Assembly: GCA_012026655.1 (NCBI GenBank)
Contig: JAAILG010000163.1
Coordinates: 62,001 to 126,000 of the forward strand
DNA length: 64,000 bases
Direction of reading: 5' to 3'
DNA from: Hydrolagus affinis
Lineage: Eukaryota
Made by a program: the position numbers and the translations under genes. The notes below the pieces were generated by a model that saw only the letters and a program-made list of their open reading frames with translations, was not told the origin of the DNA and searched no databases. Shown one piece after another: positions 12,059-24,720 of the stretch (its first letter is position 1; each line of letters opens with the position of its first letter).

Positions 12059-14589
12059 TTAGATGAGAACGCTTGATTTTGATTCCTGATAACAATCGAA
12101 GGCAAAGCGACTAAAGTAGAAGCTAATATATGGATTAAAATTAATCAGAAATATTGGACAAACAAGATAATAAATAAGAACCCTTCACGTAAGCCAAGTT
12201 TTGAAAGAAGAAACTCATTCGTGTTAATTTATGGACTTGGCCATCTTGTTCAGTGGCTCGCCCAATTTATTTTCAACAAAACATTAAAACTAAAGTAACA
12301 TTTTTGCAATTATCAAAGCAAAGGCAGAAAGTGAAGCTTAACAAATCAGTTTGGTCACTGGGACGAGCAGAGATGCTTTTTCTTTTAAAAAAGAATTTCA
12401 CGGTCAAATGGGGAGTGTGACTTGGAATCATTTTTGTACAGTAATGTGTGTCTGCCAAGTCTACCATATGCAGAAGCACTAACAAATTAGAAATTTATTG
12501 ACAGCTCTATTATTCTTAATTCCTTGAAAGTTTTGGAAGGATACAATAATATTTTGACACTGTGACATTGTCGATGTTAACTCCAAAGCACAAGTGGTTT
12601 CTAACTGTCATCCGAGCCCTGAGATGTTCACTGCAATGCACTCAAGTACTCAAACACTCTTTAGCTCATGATTTCATTCATGATCGTAACACAACCAAAA
12701 GACCTTCGGATTAAAATTTCCAGAGTCTGTATAGTGTTGATGCTACAGATGCGCTTTTGCTACGGATTAGTAGGGCCCAGCATGCCCATGGTATCCCCAC
12801 TGGGTACATTTTGATCTCAGCCGTTCCTATTAAGAGATACCACTGCAGCCTCTTGGATGTTTCCAATGTGAGAATGATAAACCCGGATCATAGTTTCCCT
12901 GTGCTGTAGCAACTTCCATCACCAACCCCCATATTATTATTTCATCAACTTAAAGTGGGGGAGAGGAAAATGTAACCCGTAAAAAAAAAAACATGTCAAC
13001 TGTACTGCCTTTTCCATAAAACTTTTTTTAACTGCGCCAGTTCACCAGCCATCAAGAAATTGTTGTTGTATATCACCATTTAAAACTCTCCCCGCGTGAA
13101 ATTTTACAAATGGAACAATGGGAAAATGCTTAGATTCGAACACCCAAAGGACAAGCTTTGTGCCCCACATCAATCTAAAAACGCAGACCTGTAATAAGCA
13201 TAATTTGCAATCTGGCGTTGTTTGTCAAACCGACTGTCCTCAGCCATTCAGCTGAACAGACAAAGTCTAAGTCTTGCGTTTGTTTTCGTCTCTTTCACAT
13301 CGGGAGGACCTCTCAAAGAGCTTCATGTGATATACTGTGTATTTTGCAGGTAAACGTTGATTCAAACCAATGTTAGAAAGCAAAATGGCTTGAGATGGTA
13401 ATACGGGTAGATTCTGAAAAAGCCAGTTGCCCAGCATTGTGGTCAACTGATAGAACGTCAGCCTTTCGTGCTGAATGTTACTCATCAATTTGTTAATGCA
13501 CTTTTTATGCTACAGTTGCTGATGTTGTTGCTCGCATTTCCCCAGTCAGATATATCAGCTGCAAATCTTTTGAGCGCAAAGCAGTACACTGCCAGTAATG
13601 CAGACCAATTGGCTTTCAGTCTATCATACAGTTTCAGATTATATGTAGAAATGGATCCAAATACTAGGGGCCCACAGAGATTGAATATTAATGCAAACTG
13701 TCGTGTGAGATCTCCTGTATGTACCGTGTGACTGGGGTACCTGTGTGTCAATAATTACTGGATCATCCTTGAATACTTTAAGCAATCATTTCAAGGGAAA
13801 GCTATGGGGTTTCACACAGAATTGCACATTGGAAGTAAAAGAGCTTTATTTTAAAGCTAGTGAATATTATGCTCCTTAACTGTGTTCCTTCATTTTACAT
13901 CTGTCTAATGGAATAAGTGGCAAGAAACAATGATTTTGTAATAAGAGAAAAAAAAATGCAAATACCCCTCAAATTAGTTAAGATGGGATTTATTTTGGAA
14001 TACATTTGCTGAGTTAGTGAGGCCTTGAAGATTAGAAGTAAATTATTTGTGTCAATGAGGAATAAATTGTTGTGGTTACTTGTTGTGTCGATAGTAAAAA
14101 TGTAAGTAAAGGTTTTTTAATGATCATGTATACAATTGATAGCGATGAAATGGCTGAGGTTTGGATATGCACATTTCTTGGTAAGAGTTGAAGTTTGTAG
14201 ATCAGACTACAGTTCTAACGAAAAGAGATTTGAGATTCGAATTTAATTAATTGAAAGTCCATCAGCTCAGCAGTGAAATGCCTATTTCATTTACTGTAAA
14301 CCTAAACAAAAATTGGTCTACCACTTTCAACTTGGCTGCCATGTGTGCCCACAAAACACACAGTCATTTTACAGTAAACCCTGTAAAGCGCTTTAATATA
14401 TCCTTCCAACATGAATGATGCTCTACGTTATGCCATATTTAAATATAAATATGAAAATTATATTTGGTTTCAGAAATAGAATAATTTGTATTTTAAATAT
14501 CCTTTTCATGGTACACATTAACTGTAGCTCAAACCACTAAAATGTAAGTAAATGGAAAAATAAGCAGATGGTAAAAAAAAATGCCATTG

Positions 14590-15042
14590 CAATTCAGTGG
14601 TATGAATTTTGTTAACTGTCCCAAATCATATGAATTCTGTTAACTGCCACCAAATCACCCTGGAGCCTGCTGGCCAGAGCAATCCATGTGATTTTTGTCT
14701 ATGAAAAAAAATCAGGCTAAATTGCGCTGGCTTAATTTATTAATGGGAAAAAAAGTATACTTAAGAAAAAGCTAGAGTTTGTATCCTTGCATATTTTTTT
14801 CTGTGATATTCAAGCCTTTTGTTGCCTCTGGTTCTCAGCTCTTTCTCCAAAGAGATTGGTTTACAAGGGTTATTATGTACTTAATGCTGAATTGGTCTTG
14901 CAAAAGGGTTTTGCTTCTCTCGCCATTTTTTCCTGCACACTCAGCTAGATATATGATTAATGGAGAACATCACATACAGTGGACCCTCTCTGTAATGTCT
15001 TTTGGCATCTCACAAAGAGACTATGTAAATGTGAGATGTCAG
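14590..15042. promoter_or_regulatory. candidate conserved enhancer
   Basis: Repeat-free block with a PBX-HOX-type TGATTAATGG at 14954-14963 and ttaatttattaatgg homeodomain cores. Confidence 0.4.
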
Positions 15043-16242
15043 AAGGGGGGGGTGGTTATAATTTATCATTTTGGTGGTTGGGGAGTAAATTTAAAAATAA
15101 AATTTTTGTCACTAAAGTATAAATTCAGAATTTTGCAAAGATTTTCATGTACTGTACTTTAAACAGTTATATATTTTTGATATGATGTATTTATGATAAT
15201 TTTGGGTCCGATTGAGTACAGATGTATTTGTGCTTTATAGATCATTACTAATAACTTTCACTTGAGTGAAGGTATCACTTCCATTGTGGTTCAATGTTTG
15301 ATTTTTATTCTGAAGGAAAATTTACTAAAATAAAGTTTGTATTTGAAAAATGACTGTTGAATTATTTTCGCTTTTATTCAGCATAAAGTCGAGAAAACAT
15401 CAAACAATTTGATGTTTGAACCTGCTGGTGTATTCACAGCCCAGTCTATTCATAATACAATATTGTACACATTTGATTTAGTTATTCCATTCAGTAGAAA
15501 ACTGCTGACATTGCTACAGTAAAGCGCGCGCACACACACATACACATATTGTAATTTTTTGAATATTGGCTGAAAGACTGATGTATATTGTCTCATAAAA
15601 CCAAACCAAAGCCATTGTGGTTTGCTTCGTGTAATAATTGTTCTTGGCTGTTTTCTGAACCTCCTCCAATGCTACACCAAACCACCTTTTGAACAAGTTG
15701 CGTCCGAAGTTGCGCACAAATACATCCCCCCAAAGTCCTAAACAAATTTGGAATAAATATCTTCTCTGTAGTTATATTCAGCTGCCCCCAGGATGTATCC
15801 TCCGATTTGTTTTGCTCAACCTTCTTTCAAAGTCACACATGTGCAACTTTATGAAATGCCTTTTGAGCGTCCAAGTCAATTAAATCGTCGAGGGAGTTCT
15901 CATCCCTCTCTCCATAGCCACTTCCTTAAAGAATTTCGTGAGATATGATTAGTGAGATATGATCTACTGTTTCTAAATGCGTGCTCCTCATGATCTCTTT
16001 GCGTTGTAGATGAGTGTTGAAAGCATCCTGCATAACACTCTTGAGTTTCATGTCCACCAGAGACATTATTCTAACTGATATGTGATTTCCAGAGACATGT
16101 CTGTACTTTCTGTTGTGTGATTCAAAGCACTCTTATTTCAGAACAGATGCTAAATCCACAGGACGTCTTAAAGAGGAGCTCAGTCCTGTTTAAGTGATCA
16201 ACTCTGGTACTTTTCTCAGAAACCTCAAGTCTCATAAAAGTA

Positions 16243-16438
16243 CAGTAAAAGCCCGTTTATCCGTGACCCGTAACTTCCGTATAACTGGCACGTCAGAAAA
16301 GTCTGCATTTGATTAACCGGAATTTATCCGGCACAATGTATTTTTTTTTTTAAATTGTGTTTTCGGCCGAATATCCGGCACGCGCTTTAACCAGCATTGG
16401 CCAGGTCCCGAGGGGGCCGGATAAACGGGCTTTTACTG
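16243..16438. mobile_element. 196-bp Tc1/mariner-pogo (Tigger-like) MITE
   Basis: Perfect 21-bp TIRs cagtaaaagcccgtttatccg (16243-16263) and cggataaacgggcttttactg (16418-16438); TA on the left flank, AA on the right. Confidence 0.9.
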
Positions 16439-17644
16439 AATTCAGAAGTGTGTATTCTAGAGAACTTCCATCTTCAAACATTACAGTGTGTCTCCAATGG
16501 CTTTTTGATCTGGCTAATTACTTTACAGTCGTCAATATTGATTGCTTGCAGTTTAGTTTTGCGTTAAGGTCTTTTTATAGAATCTTGACTCATGAAGAAT
16601 TTTTGAAACACTTGAAAACAAAGCAAGATATCAATTAGATGAGCGGACAATTATTCATTAGGATAACCAATGCGCAGTGAGGGTTGCGTGTTAATAATTA
16701 AGCCCTTTTCTGGATTCCATCCCTTTGCACACTTGAACTGCTCATTTCATGTTTGTCTTTTGTTTATTTCCAGGTCACTGACATTTCCCCGTTTTCGGCT
16801 TCATGCTTTTCTGATTCTCTTGCTGTGTTGTTCCTAATACTGTATACTGGTTAATGAGCAAGGAACATATTCCCCACCCTTGTCACAGTTTTATAGAAAT
16901 TAGTTTTTCTGTTGGCTCTCTGGTCTTTAGCACAAGTTATGGTTCCTTTGGTAAAATAGGAAACGCTTTGCAACTCAAATCTCACAACTGATTTTTTTGT
17001 TGTTGTTGCTCAAAATACAATTTACAACAGCCAAAGAGAGAGAAAATGTTTCCTCTCCCCATTACAATTTAAAAAAAATCAGAAAAAAATAAAAGAAAAC
17101 ATTTTGTGTTTAAAGACGATAAGGATACAATTCTTGATATGATCTGAATTTAAATCATAATTGTGTGGGGGGAAACAATGCATTTGTATAGTTGTGAGTG
17201 GATGAAAAACCCCTCTGTCGCTTTTCTGCATATGAACACATGAATTGATATTTTACACTAGTGGTAAAAGACAGACAGAGGCTTCCACATTTTTTTTCCA
17301 GCTTCTGCGACTGTACAGTAAGGGCAGCAGGAGAAATTGTCTGTCATACGAGCCGCAAGTTTCTGTTCTCGGAATTTAATTCAAGCCTCTCAGCAGTCAT
17401 TCGGAAAGATCAATTTCATGACTATGTTGCTGCCGTGATTTGGTAGTTTGTCTTTTCTGACCATTGAAACTGTCCCACTAGTTTGAGGAGTCGCGTGTGT
17501 GTGTGTGTGTGCGTGTGCTTTTCGGTTGCAAATATTTTGATACTCCTTTTTTAATATTCTACCACCTCCCCACCACCACCCACTTGACGTCGTGCTCTGC
17601 CACTGTCAGGGCCTCTGGGAAGCTTCCCTGCATGAGGGACACTA

Positions 17645-17725
17645 TATAATAATAATATTAATAATAATCCTTGTATTTGATATTGCGTGTAGCGCCTTAT
17701 CACGTCTTCCAGACGTTTCAAAGGT
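17645..17725 (-). mobile_element. SINE 3' tail
   Basis: aataataatccttgtatttgat..agcgccttatcacgtcttccagacgtttcaaag. Confidence 0.8.
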
Positions 17726-17899
17726 GCGAGTTGTTGTTGATACTCAAGGCCTTCTCTTCAGAGCAATGCTCTCTTGTGAATCACAAAAGACTGCTGTGCA
17801 CTTTTGCCTATAATACAGTAAACTCGATGAATTTGGAGCATCTGTGATGTGTTTCTCTGGCGTTTTTGACGTGATTTACACTTGTAGGCAATATGTTGT

Positions 17900-20720
17900 C
17901 ATGTTTTGAAATTTTATCAAAGTTCTACAGGGAAGCTCATTAAGGGTCACAGAACTTAATTTGTAATCTTTTTGTGTCTTGATACATGTCACACCCACGA
18001 GAAAGCCTTCAGTCCCAAAGAAAGCGGTGCTATAAACCTATTTTACAAAATTATTCTGTCTTCAAATGCTAATGCAGGAGTTTTCTTTTAAACTTTACAA
18101 TGGCAATCTGCAAGCTTTCATTAAATTAGAGATTTCATTGTTTCCATGCAAATACGCTTTCTGATGTGCCCGCCGATTACCAGAAGTTACTTTTCACATT
18201 TCACAATAGAATTTGCTGAATGAGGACAGATCTGTCACATTATGACAGATTTTTGCATACACTGTGCTTTGACTTTTTTGTTAAAAAAAATCTGTTGACT
18301 CAATTGAAAAGTGACAGGGCAATATTTAACCTGAATAGAGGCATGTTGACTCCTCTTATTAAAAGTGACAGTTAAGGACATTTCTTTCTTTGTTTTCCTT
18401 GATGTACAGAGACAAGTGCGCTTTGCTAACTAGTACATAAGTCTAACGAATACAAAGTCGCATGACTTTCCCCCCCACCACCCCCCGCCCCCCCATTCCA
18501 CAGCAATTTTATAAATGGTGTCTGTGGAGTGGTTTAATGTAATGAGGCAACATATTTTTTTCCCTGAAGTGTGAAGTTTCTCCCCCTTTTCTCTCTCCCT
18601 CCCTCGCCTCCCTCGGGTAGGGGGTTTAGTAGATGAGCTCAAAAAAAGAGTCAGTAATCTTCCAGGGGTCAGGAATGACTGAGCCTGAGGCATTAACTTT
18701 TGCATGTCCTATTTTCCACAAGTAATTGTTGACGATCTCATTTCATTCCAAAGCTACTCTCAGAAGGGTTGAATTTACCAATCTCATTTGTAAAGCTGTA
18801 CTCTGCATTTATTTATTTTAAATGTACTATATACAGTATATATATTTTTTAAAGCATACAGTGTTCACTTGTTAAGTTTACCATAAGCCTTTTTCCCCCT
18901 TTATAAATATATATTTTTTCTCCTTTTATGAAAAGAAATAGCATTTTATTTATTACTTGACAAATAAAAAAATTCTACCAGTAGTATCCAAGGCAAATTA
19001 AAACTGAATTAGCCTTCACAAACCATTTCCTTGTGTTTTCTGATTATTCTGCCTGTTGTAACCAGAAGGCATTAAGAATAATTTCAGTGCTGGACACACT
19101 CATTCTTCTCTCTAGCAAGGTGAAAATAATTTTATTTTCATCACCTTTTTTCTGTGATGGATTTACTTGAGAAAAATAATGACAGGCTTCCTCACAGCAG
19201 CTGACAATTCTGATGCTGAGAGTGGGTAGACTGAGCAGACTGAAGAAGTATCTCTCTACCTATTATGGCAAAAATCGATAATGCACTATCTAAATTGCAC
19301 CTCCCATAGGAGCAGAACAAATCCAGAAGGGGGAAGTCATCATTCTCTGTGAAAGCTCCTGCAAATTCAACCAGCACAATTATGAACAGATTTTCAGAAA
19401 AAGAAAACTCATCCACCATAAAATTAATTGTGCACTCAGATGCTGTGAAGTGTGCAAGAACACATGTGCCTGATTCCTAGGGAAAAAAAAACATTTCTCC
19501 AGCAACTTTTGCCCCAAGTTATTATGTGCCTTGCAATAAAAAAAATCTCCAGTATTCAACACCCATGCCCCCCCACCCCCCAAAAGCACCTTGTTATTAC
19601 ATATGAGAAGAGCAAATGATCATATTATTTTATATATTGCAGGGCTATTTTTAACTAAAAATTTTGTAACTGAAAATAACTGGAAGGATATTTTAAACAG
19701 AGGTGTGTGTGTGTGTGTTTTATTTTAAGGTGTGTGTATGTGTTGGGGGTGGTGGAGGGGGGGGGGAAATTGCTCAGTGCTGTAAATTAATTAGCATTTC
19801 ATAGCCCCCTCATCTCCTTGAATCTGATTGCTTTTTTAGGGTCTTGAAGACAGAGGCGGGAAAAGGAAAATCAAAGGTTCCCTGCGAGTCTATCAAATTT
19901 AAATTGCTTAAGAAAAGATTATGAAAAACTACGCTGACTATTATTGGCAATGAGTAAAAGTCCATGCGACATAACACACTGTGGACCTGGTAGGGCCATC
20001 AGACAAGGTGTCATCCATCAAATCCCTGCCACCAGCTGGATATTGGCGATCTGTTTCCGCTTGCAGTAGTTATCCCACTGAAGGAAAATCTCTAAACAAG
20101 GCTGTGAATTGGTTTTCATGCTTGCATTGACAGATTGGAAAAGCAGTTTGTTCTACCAAATTTAACAATGATATATCATTATCACAACTTTGGGAGAAAT
20201 CTATAAAATCAATAAGTTTGTAGCCTAACTAGGATTTGTATTGCTTACATGCTGAGCTTCTGTCAAAGTAAGAGTGTATAGATTGAGTCACAGGCAGATC
20301 AATGCATTTGTGGACACTAAGCTCAATAACAACCCTTCTGAAAAGAAATAGATGTAAAAAGCAAATTTACTAGGGAAAAAAAAAGCTAATATCCTTTCTG
20401 TTTGTGGCTGGAGCACTATTCTGCCGCTACTGGCGCTGGCAGCTTTAATGCTCACGTACTATGTGCTTGCCATGCCGAGTGCTGCTGCTGTTTCAGATTC
20501 TTGCTCTGTGATGTACAGTTGAATGCTCCCATTTGCAGGGTTTGTCGGAAACTGGCCAAGAGAAAAAAGGGCCCTTTATTGTAAATTGAATACGAAACTC
20601 AGTCAGCGCTGTTGCTGAAGAAACTAGGCAGCTTTTATTTACTTTGTGCTGGCAAGGATTGCTAATGGAGAAAAAGAAAGATGCGTAATTAAATAGTTTA
20701 ATGAATTTGTATGTCTTTTG
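17900..20720. promoter_or_regulatory. repeat-free cluster of candidate conserved enhancers
   Basis: About 2.8 kb with no recognisable SINE/LINE; TGACAG x4 in 18232-18371, TGATGGAT at 19155, tgtcatccatca at 20009-20020. Confidence 0.45.
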
Positions 20721-21224
20721 TTTGAGTGAGATGTGGAATGTGTGGGGCTGCAGGGTTGCACAAAGAACTTGGCTGGTACCAAGTAGTGTAGGAAATCCGC
20801 TCTTTGAATGATACTAAAGCTTTTTATACTTCATTATCACAGCATGTTAAATTGCTTGCAGTAAACGGTTTGGATTTTTTTCTTTGATTAAACAAAAGAA
20901 GCGTTCAGTGCCTCGATTGTAACTCTTGTGTTGAGAAGACAATAAATCAGAGCTTTTTTTGTTGAAATGTCATGACTGCGCTTGTATGTCATTTCAGGAT
21001 AAAAAGAAACAATGTTCTGGGAAGAATTATATTCTTTCTCTCTGTAATTGTACACATAGAATATTAATATTTACTCTTAAGATGAAGAATTTCAGTCGCT
21101 AAGACTTTTGCCTTCGGTTTTAGGTTTTACCAACTCAAACACGAATTTTTCAAATTTTACGCAGTATTGTTAAAAGAACAGTTTATTGACTGGATTGTGA
21201 TTTTCTTAGGATTCATAATAATAT

Positions 21225-21424
21225 TAATAATAATTCCTAAAAATGAATCAATAATAATTTGGTCACTTAAATCCCTGACTGTTTGTGGGACACTGCTGTG
21301 CTAAATTGGCTGCTGCGTTTCGCCCACAAATATAGTCAATTCACTTTACAGTATATTTTGTGAATCGCTTTGAGACATCTAGAAGATGTGAAAAGCGCAA
21401 CGTCAAATGGAAGGATTATTATTA
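21225..21424 (+). mobile_element. 5'-truncated tRNA-SINE
   Basis: ctgtttgtgggacactgctgtg..aaattggctgctgcgtttcgcccacaaatatagtcaattcactttacag..ggattattatta. Confidence 0.9.
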
Positions 21425-21588
21425 CTTATATGATCAAGTTAATTGAAATGCAAGTTTATACTTCAAATACACTGGCTCGAAAATCAGGTCTTGGTTTAAA
21501 ACTGGTTCCATCTTTTTGATTGCCAACAAATAAGCTTGTGAAGCTTGGGTTCACCTCAGCATGCTCTGCCCTGAAATGGCAAGACTTG

Positions 21589-21858
21589 GATGATGATCAT
21601 AATCTTGCATTTGATATGTTCAAGATGTCTCAAAGCACTTCACAGCAGAGTGAAAATTGTCTGCCGCAAAACAGCCATGGAGTGAGTGACCAATTTTTTT
21701 TGGGGAGGCCTGGTAACTGGGTCTTTAACATCTCACCTCTGAGGATGCATTGCATCCAAACCCCAACGCTGCATTGGTGTGTCATCTTAGACAATGTGAT
21801 TCCAAGTCCCAACGTGGGGCCTCAACCAACAAGCTTCTGACTGACGTGAAAGGTGCCA
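21589..21858 (-). mobile_element. internally deleted Deu-SINE
   Basis: Tail aatcttgcatttgata, core tttaacatctca, head ggggcctcaaccaacaagcttctgact; colinear with 11626-12058. Confidence 0.7.
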
Positions 21859-21984
21859 TGTAAGTGTAATTTTGTTTGTTTGGTCTATTTGTGCATATTG
21901 ATGACGCTGTTCATTTCTCTGGACAGGTGAATTGGCTGTAGACAATCCCTCCCCCCACCCACACACAGTTCTGTAAGCAAGCCC

Positions 21985-22085
21985 TTGTGTCTACTCTCTT
22001 ACCTTCAGAACATCCCAGCACCTTGGGACGTTCTCTTGACGTGAAAGGCGCAATACAAATGTAATTTTGTTGTTGTTGTTGTTGT
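21985..22085 (+). mobile_element. L2 3' end
   Basis: cagcaccttgggacgttctcttgacgtgaaaggcgcaatacaaatgtaattt(tgt)n. Confidence 0.8.
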
Positions 22086-22149
22086 ATTGCCCAAAGATTC
22101 CATTTGGAATCCTTTTCACTTGCACTCAACCTCATGCGTCCTCTGTCCT

Positions 22150-22390
22150 TCAGGATAAGAAATTAAACTGAGGTTCTGTCTGCCTGTTTGGGTGGAAGGT
22201 AAAAATCGCATTTTGAAAAGAGAAGCAAATTTCTCCCAGTGTCTTGGCCACAATCCCCCTAATAAAATTGGTCACTCACATCATGCTTGTTTGTGGGATA
22301 TTATTGGCTGCGGTGTTTGCCTTCAAAAATATATATTCACTACACTGAGCAGTAAAATCCTGTGAAGTGCTTTCAGATCTCTCAACATCA
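22150..22390 (+). mobile_element. Deu-SINE fragment
   Basis: ttaaactgaggttctgtctgcctgtttgggtgga..ttctcccagtgtcttggcca..ttgtttgtgggat. Confidence 0.8.
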
Positions 22391-22744
22391 TTTTAATTCA
22401 TAAGGTTACCAAGGGTTATTATCAGTAAATTTGCGAAGCTACTTGAAATGTTTTGAACAAACCATGAGAAGAGAGGAGTGAGAAAGGGTTACACAGCTCA
22501 TTTCTCATCAATTTCATTATCCATTAATTAAATTTTTTAACAGTTTCTTAGACCAAACCTTTTGGCAGATGAAGAATTGATCCGATTCCCTTTAGAATAC
22601 TTCAACTCAGTCTGTATTTATTACACTAGGTGGCGACCTGATCCATAGGCCAATGGCTGAAATGCGAAGTTGGTCTGATTATATTTAATATCGTCGGAGG
22701 AGTAAATTTGCCACAAACTTCATGGTTTGTGAATATGTTTCTAG

Positions 22745-22945
22745 AGATCTCTGTGTCCTGGCCAAACATCCCCCAGATAAAATATGTCCCTCGCTAATGG
22801 CTCTTTGTGGGACGTCGCTGTGGCTGACCAACAAAATACACTGTCTTTGCAATTGGCAGTATATCCCACAAACAGTTTTGTGACGTCTACCCAATGTGAA
22901 AGGCGCTGAATCAAACGTAAGGATTCTACGTGTTATTATATTATT
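22745..22945 (+). mobile_element. Deu-SINE 3' half
   Basis: gtgtcctggccaaacat..tttgtgggacgtcgctgtg..gtgaaaggcgctgaatcaaacgtaagga. Confidence 0.7.
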
Positions 22946-22952
22946 GTCTGGT

Positions 22953-23328
22953 TTCACTGGAATGATTCACTAGTCACCAGAGAGAGCAGCACAGATATAA
23001 TAATATGCATCCAGCTAAAATTTCCAGAATTAATTTTTACAGACCTGGGTGCTTAAAGCTTGCCACCTGTGCAGAACACTTAAATCTGCTGTTACATTTC
23101 TGTAATATTATGGTAGCGAGTTGGCTGAGTGGCATTAAATGTAGACTGAGGGAATTTAATTGAAAACAATATAACACAGCGCACAAAGGTTGCCAAATTT
23201 AAAAAAATTAAAGCCTATCTTTTGGTGAAAACTCATAAGTTGCATTCACTGGAATGATTTGCTAGTCACTGGAGAGAGCAGCACAGGTATAATAATATGC
23301 ATCCAGCTAAAATTTCCAGAATTAATTT
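22953..23328 (+). repeat. 84-bp direct duplication (22953-23036 and 23245-23328)
   Basis: ttcactggaatgatt..agagagcagcacag.tataataatatgcatccagctaaaatttccagaattaattt occurs twice with 5 mismatches. Confidence 0.95.
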
Positions 23329-24045
23329 CATGAAAATGGTATTTTCTTCCATCCATTTTCCATGCAGAAGCATTTTATTTATTTGACTCAACCTGTAAAA
23401 CTCTGAGGGATTTTTTAAAATTAACCAAGGAAGCAGTGATTTTCCCGATATAATGAAACACTTATAAGGTAATTTAGAACATTTGGCAGCAGATATCTAC
23501 TTTCTGCTGAGAAGCAAAGAAACCCTATGAAAGTGACTGGCCTTATTGATTATCCTGGCCACAGACACCTTCACCTCTGCCATTTAAATGGTCAGAAAAC
23601 CCAGTATTAAAGTATTGAAGGTTGCACTCACTGGCTCTTGGGGATGGCTGGAGCAGAAAGGAAACTTGTCAATTACCTCCGTTAGATGAGCTCTTAACAA
23701 TGCTCACTGAAATGAAGGTAGACTGGGGGACACACCAATGAAAGTGCGCCAGGAGTTGTGGGGAAAGCAAAACTGGCAGCTTATGGGGTTAGGAAATGGG
23801 CTAGTCAGGAAGGTGATTACAGACTCAGGTCTTGTTTGCCATTGTGTGGGTGGACCCATTGCTATGATATGTTAGTTATTCATTACCCCAACAAGTCAAT
23901 TTGAGAATAGGCATAAAGCCAAGTGCTTCATTGTAGCAGAATGCACCTTACTGTAAAGGAAAGATTTCGGATAGAAGATGGACTAGTGCGAAATGTGTTC
24001 CTTTTGTAATGGTATTAAAGAGTTAGCTGCATGGTTTGAAAATAA

Positions 24046-24080
24046 GTTTCAAATAGACTCCGAGGGAGTCTATTTGAAAC
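24046..24080. repeat. perfect inverted repeat (16-bp stem, 3-nt loop)
   Basis: gtttcaaatagactcc-gag-ggagtctatttgaaac. Confidence 0.95.
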
Positions 24081-24549
24081 AAAATTAAAATAGAATATGG
24101 AATATAAGTACTGTATATGGGCAGTGAACATCAGAGAGCAACTGGAGGCCTGACCTCTTCTCACCTAGCTGACACCCATACCCGTGACACTCTCTCATAC
24201 ACTATCACTGTTCTAGTGCGAGCAGGTGCAGGAATCTTGGTTGGTTTTCCCCTCTCTAACCCTGTGGAAAGCCTGTGCCAATTTGCCAACGGATGCAGCC
24301 TTTCTGAGCCGGGTTTTAAAAAAAATTCCAGCACTCTGAGAAACCTTTGAGTTCTGCGATTCCAAGAGCGTTTTGTGAGCCACCACCACATCCCCGGGTT
24401 GTGGGTTCCATAAGGTGCAGATTGCCTTCTGGCATTTTAAGCAATCTTCGAGGATTGTAAGTAATACAATAACAAGTTGCATCAGCTTGTAGGTGGGTTG
24501 GTAGTCTCATTGGGATTGTGGTTAAGCAATTGTTTAAATGGTTTTCCTT

Positions 24550-24720
24550 ATTGTTGAGTAGGTAAATGCACTGCCTATTGTAGTACTCAGCTACACAGTC
24601 AAACAGGGTCTCAGGATAAATCCCTGGTCCTTGCCCAGTCACTAATTAAATATCATCTGAATTGTCAGCTGGCATCAGGATCCCTGGGCTGGAGAAGGGG
24701 ACAAACTAAATAGGTTTCAA
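24550..24720 (+). mobile_element. old tRNA-derived SINE of a different family
   Basis: ggtaaatgcactgcc..gtactcagctacacag..ggtctcaggataaatccctggtc (decayed B box)..ccctgggctggagaagggga resembles, from recall, a widespread shark SINE. Confidence 0.5.

Noticed and set aside
13267-13751. Overlapping ORFs as a transposase remnant
   Set aside because: No DDE or hAT motif could be recognised
16740-16780. Acceptor-like tttgtttatttccag/gtcact as an exon or recursive splice site
   Set aside because: Reconstituted donor is weak and no convincing downstream exon or donor was found
19192-19419. 75-aa ORF within the repeat-free block
   Set aside because: No recognisable homology and a non-ATG start; better explained as non-coding constrained sequence
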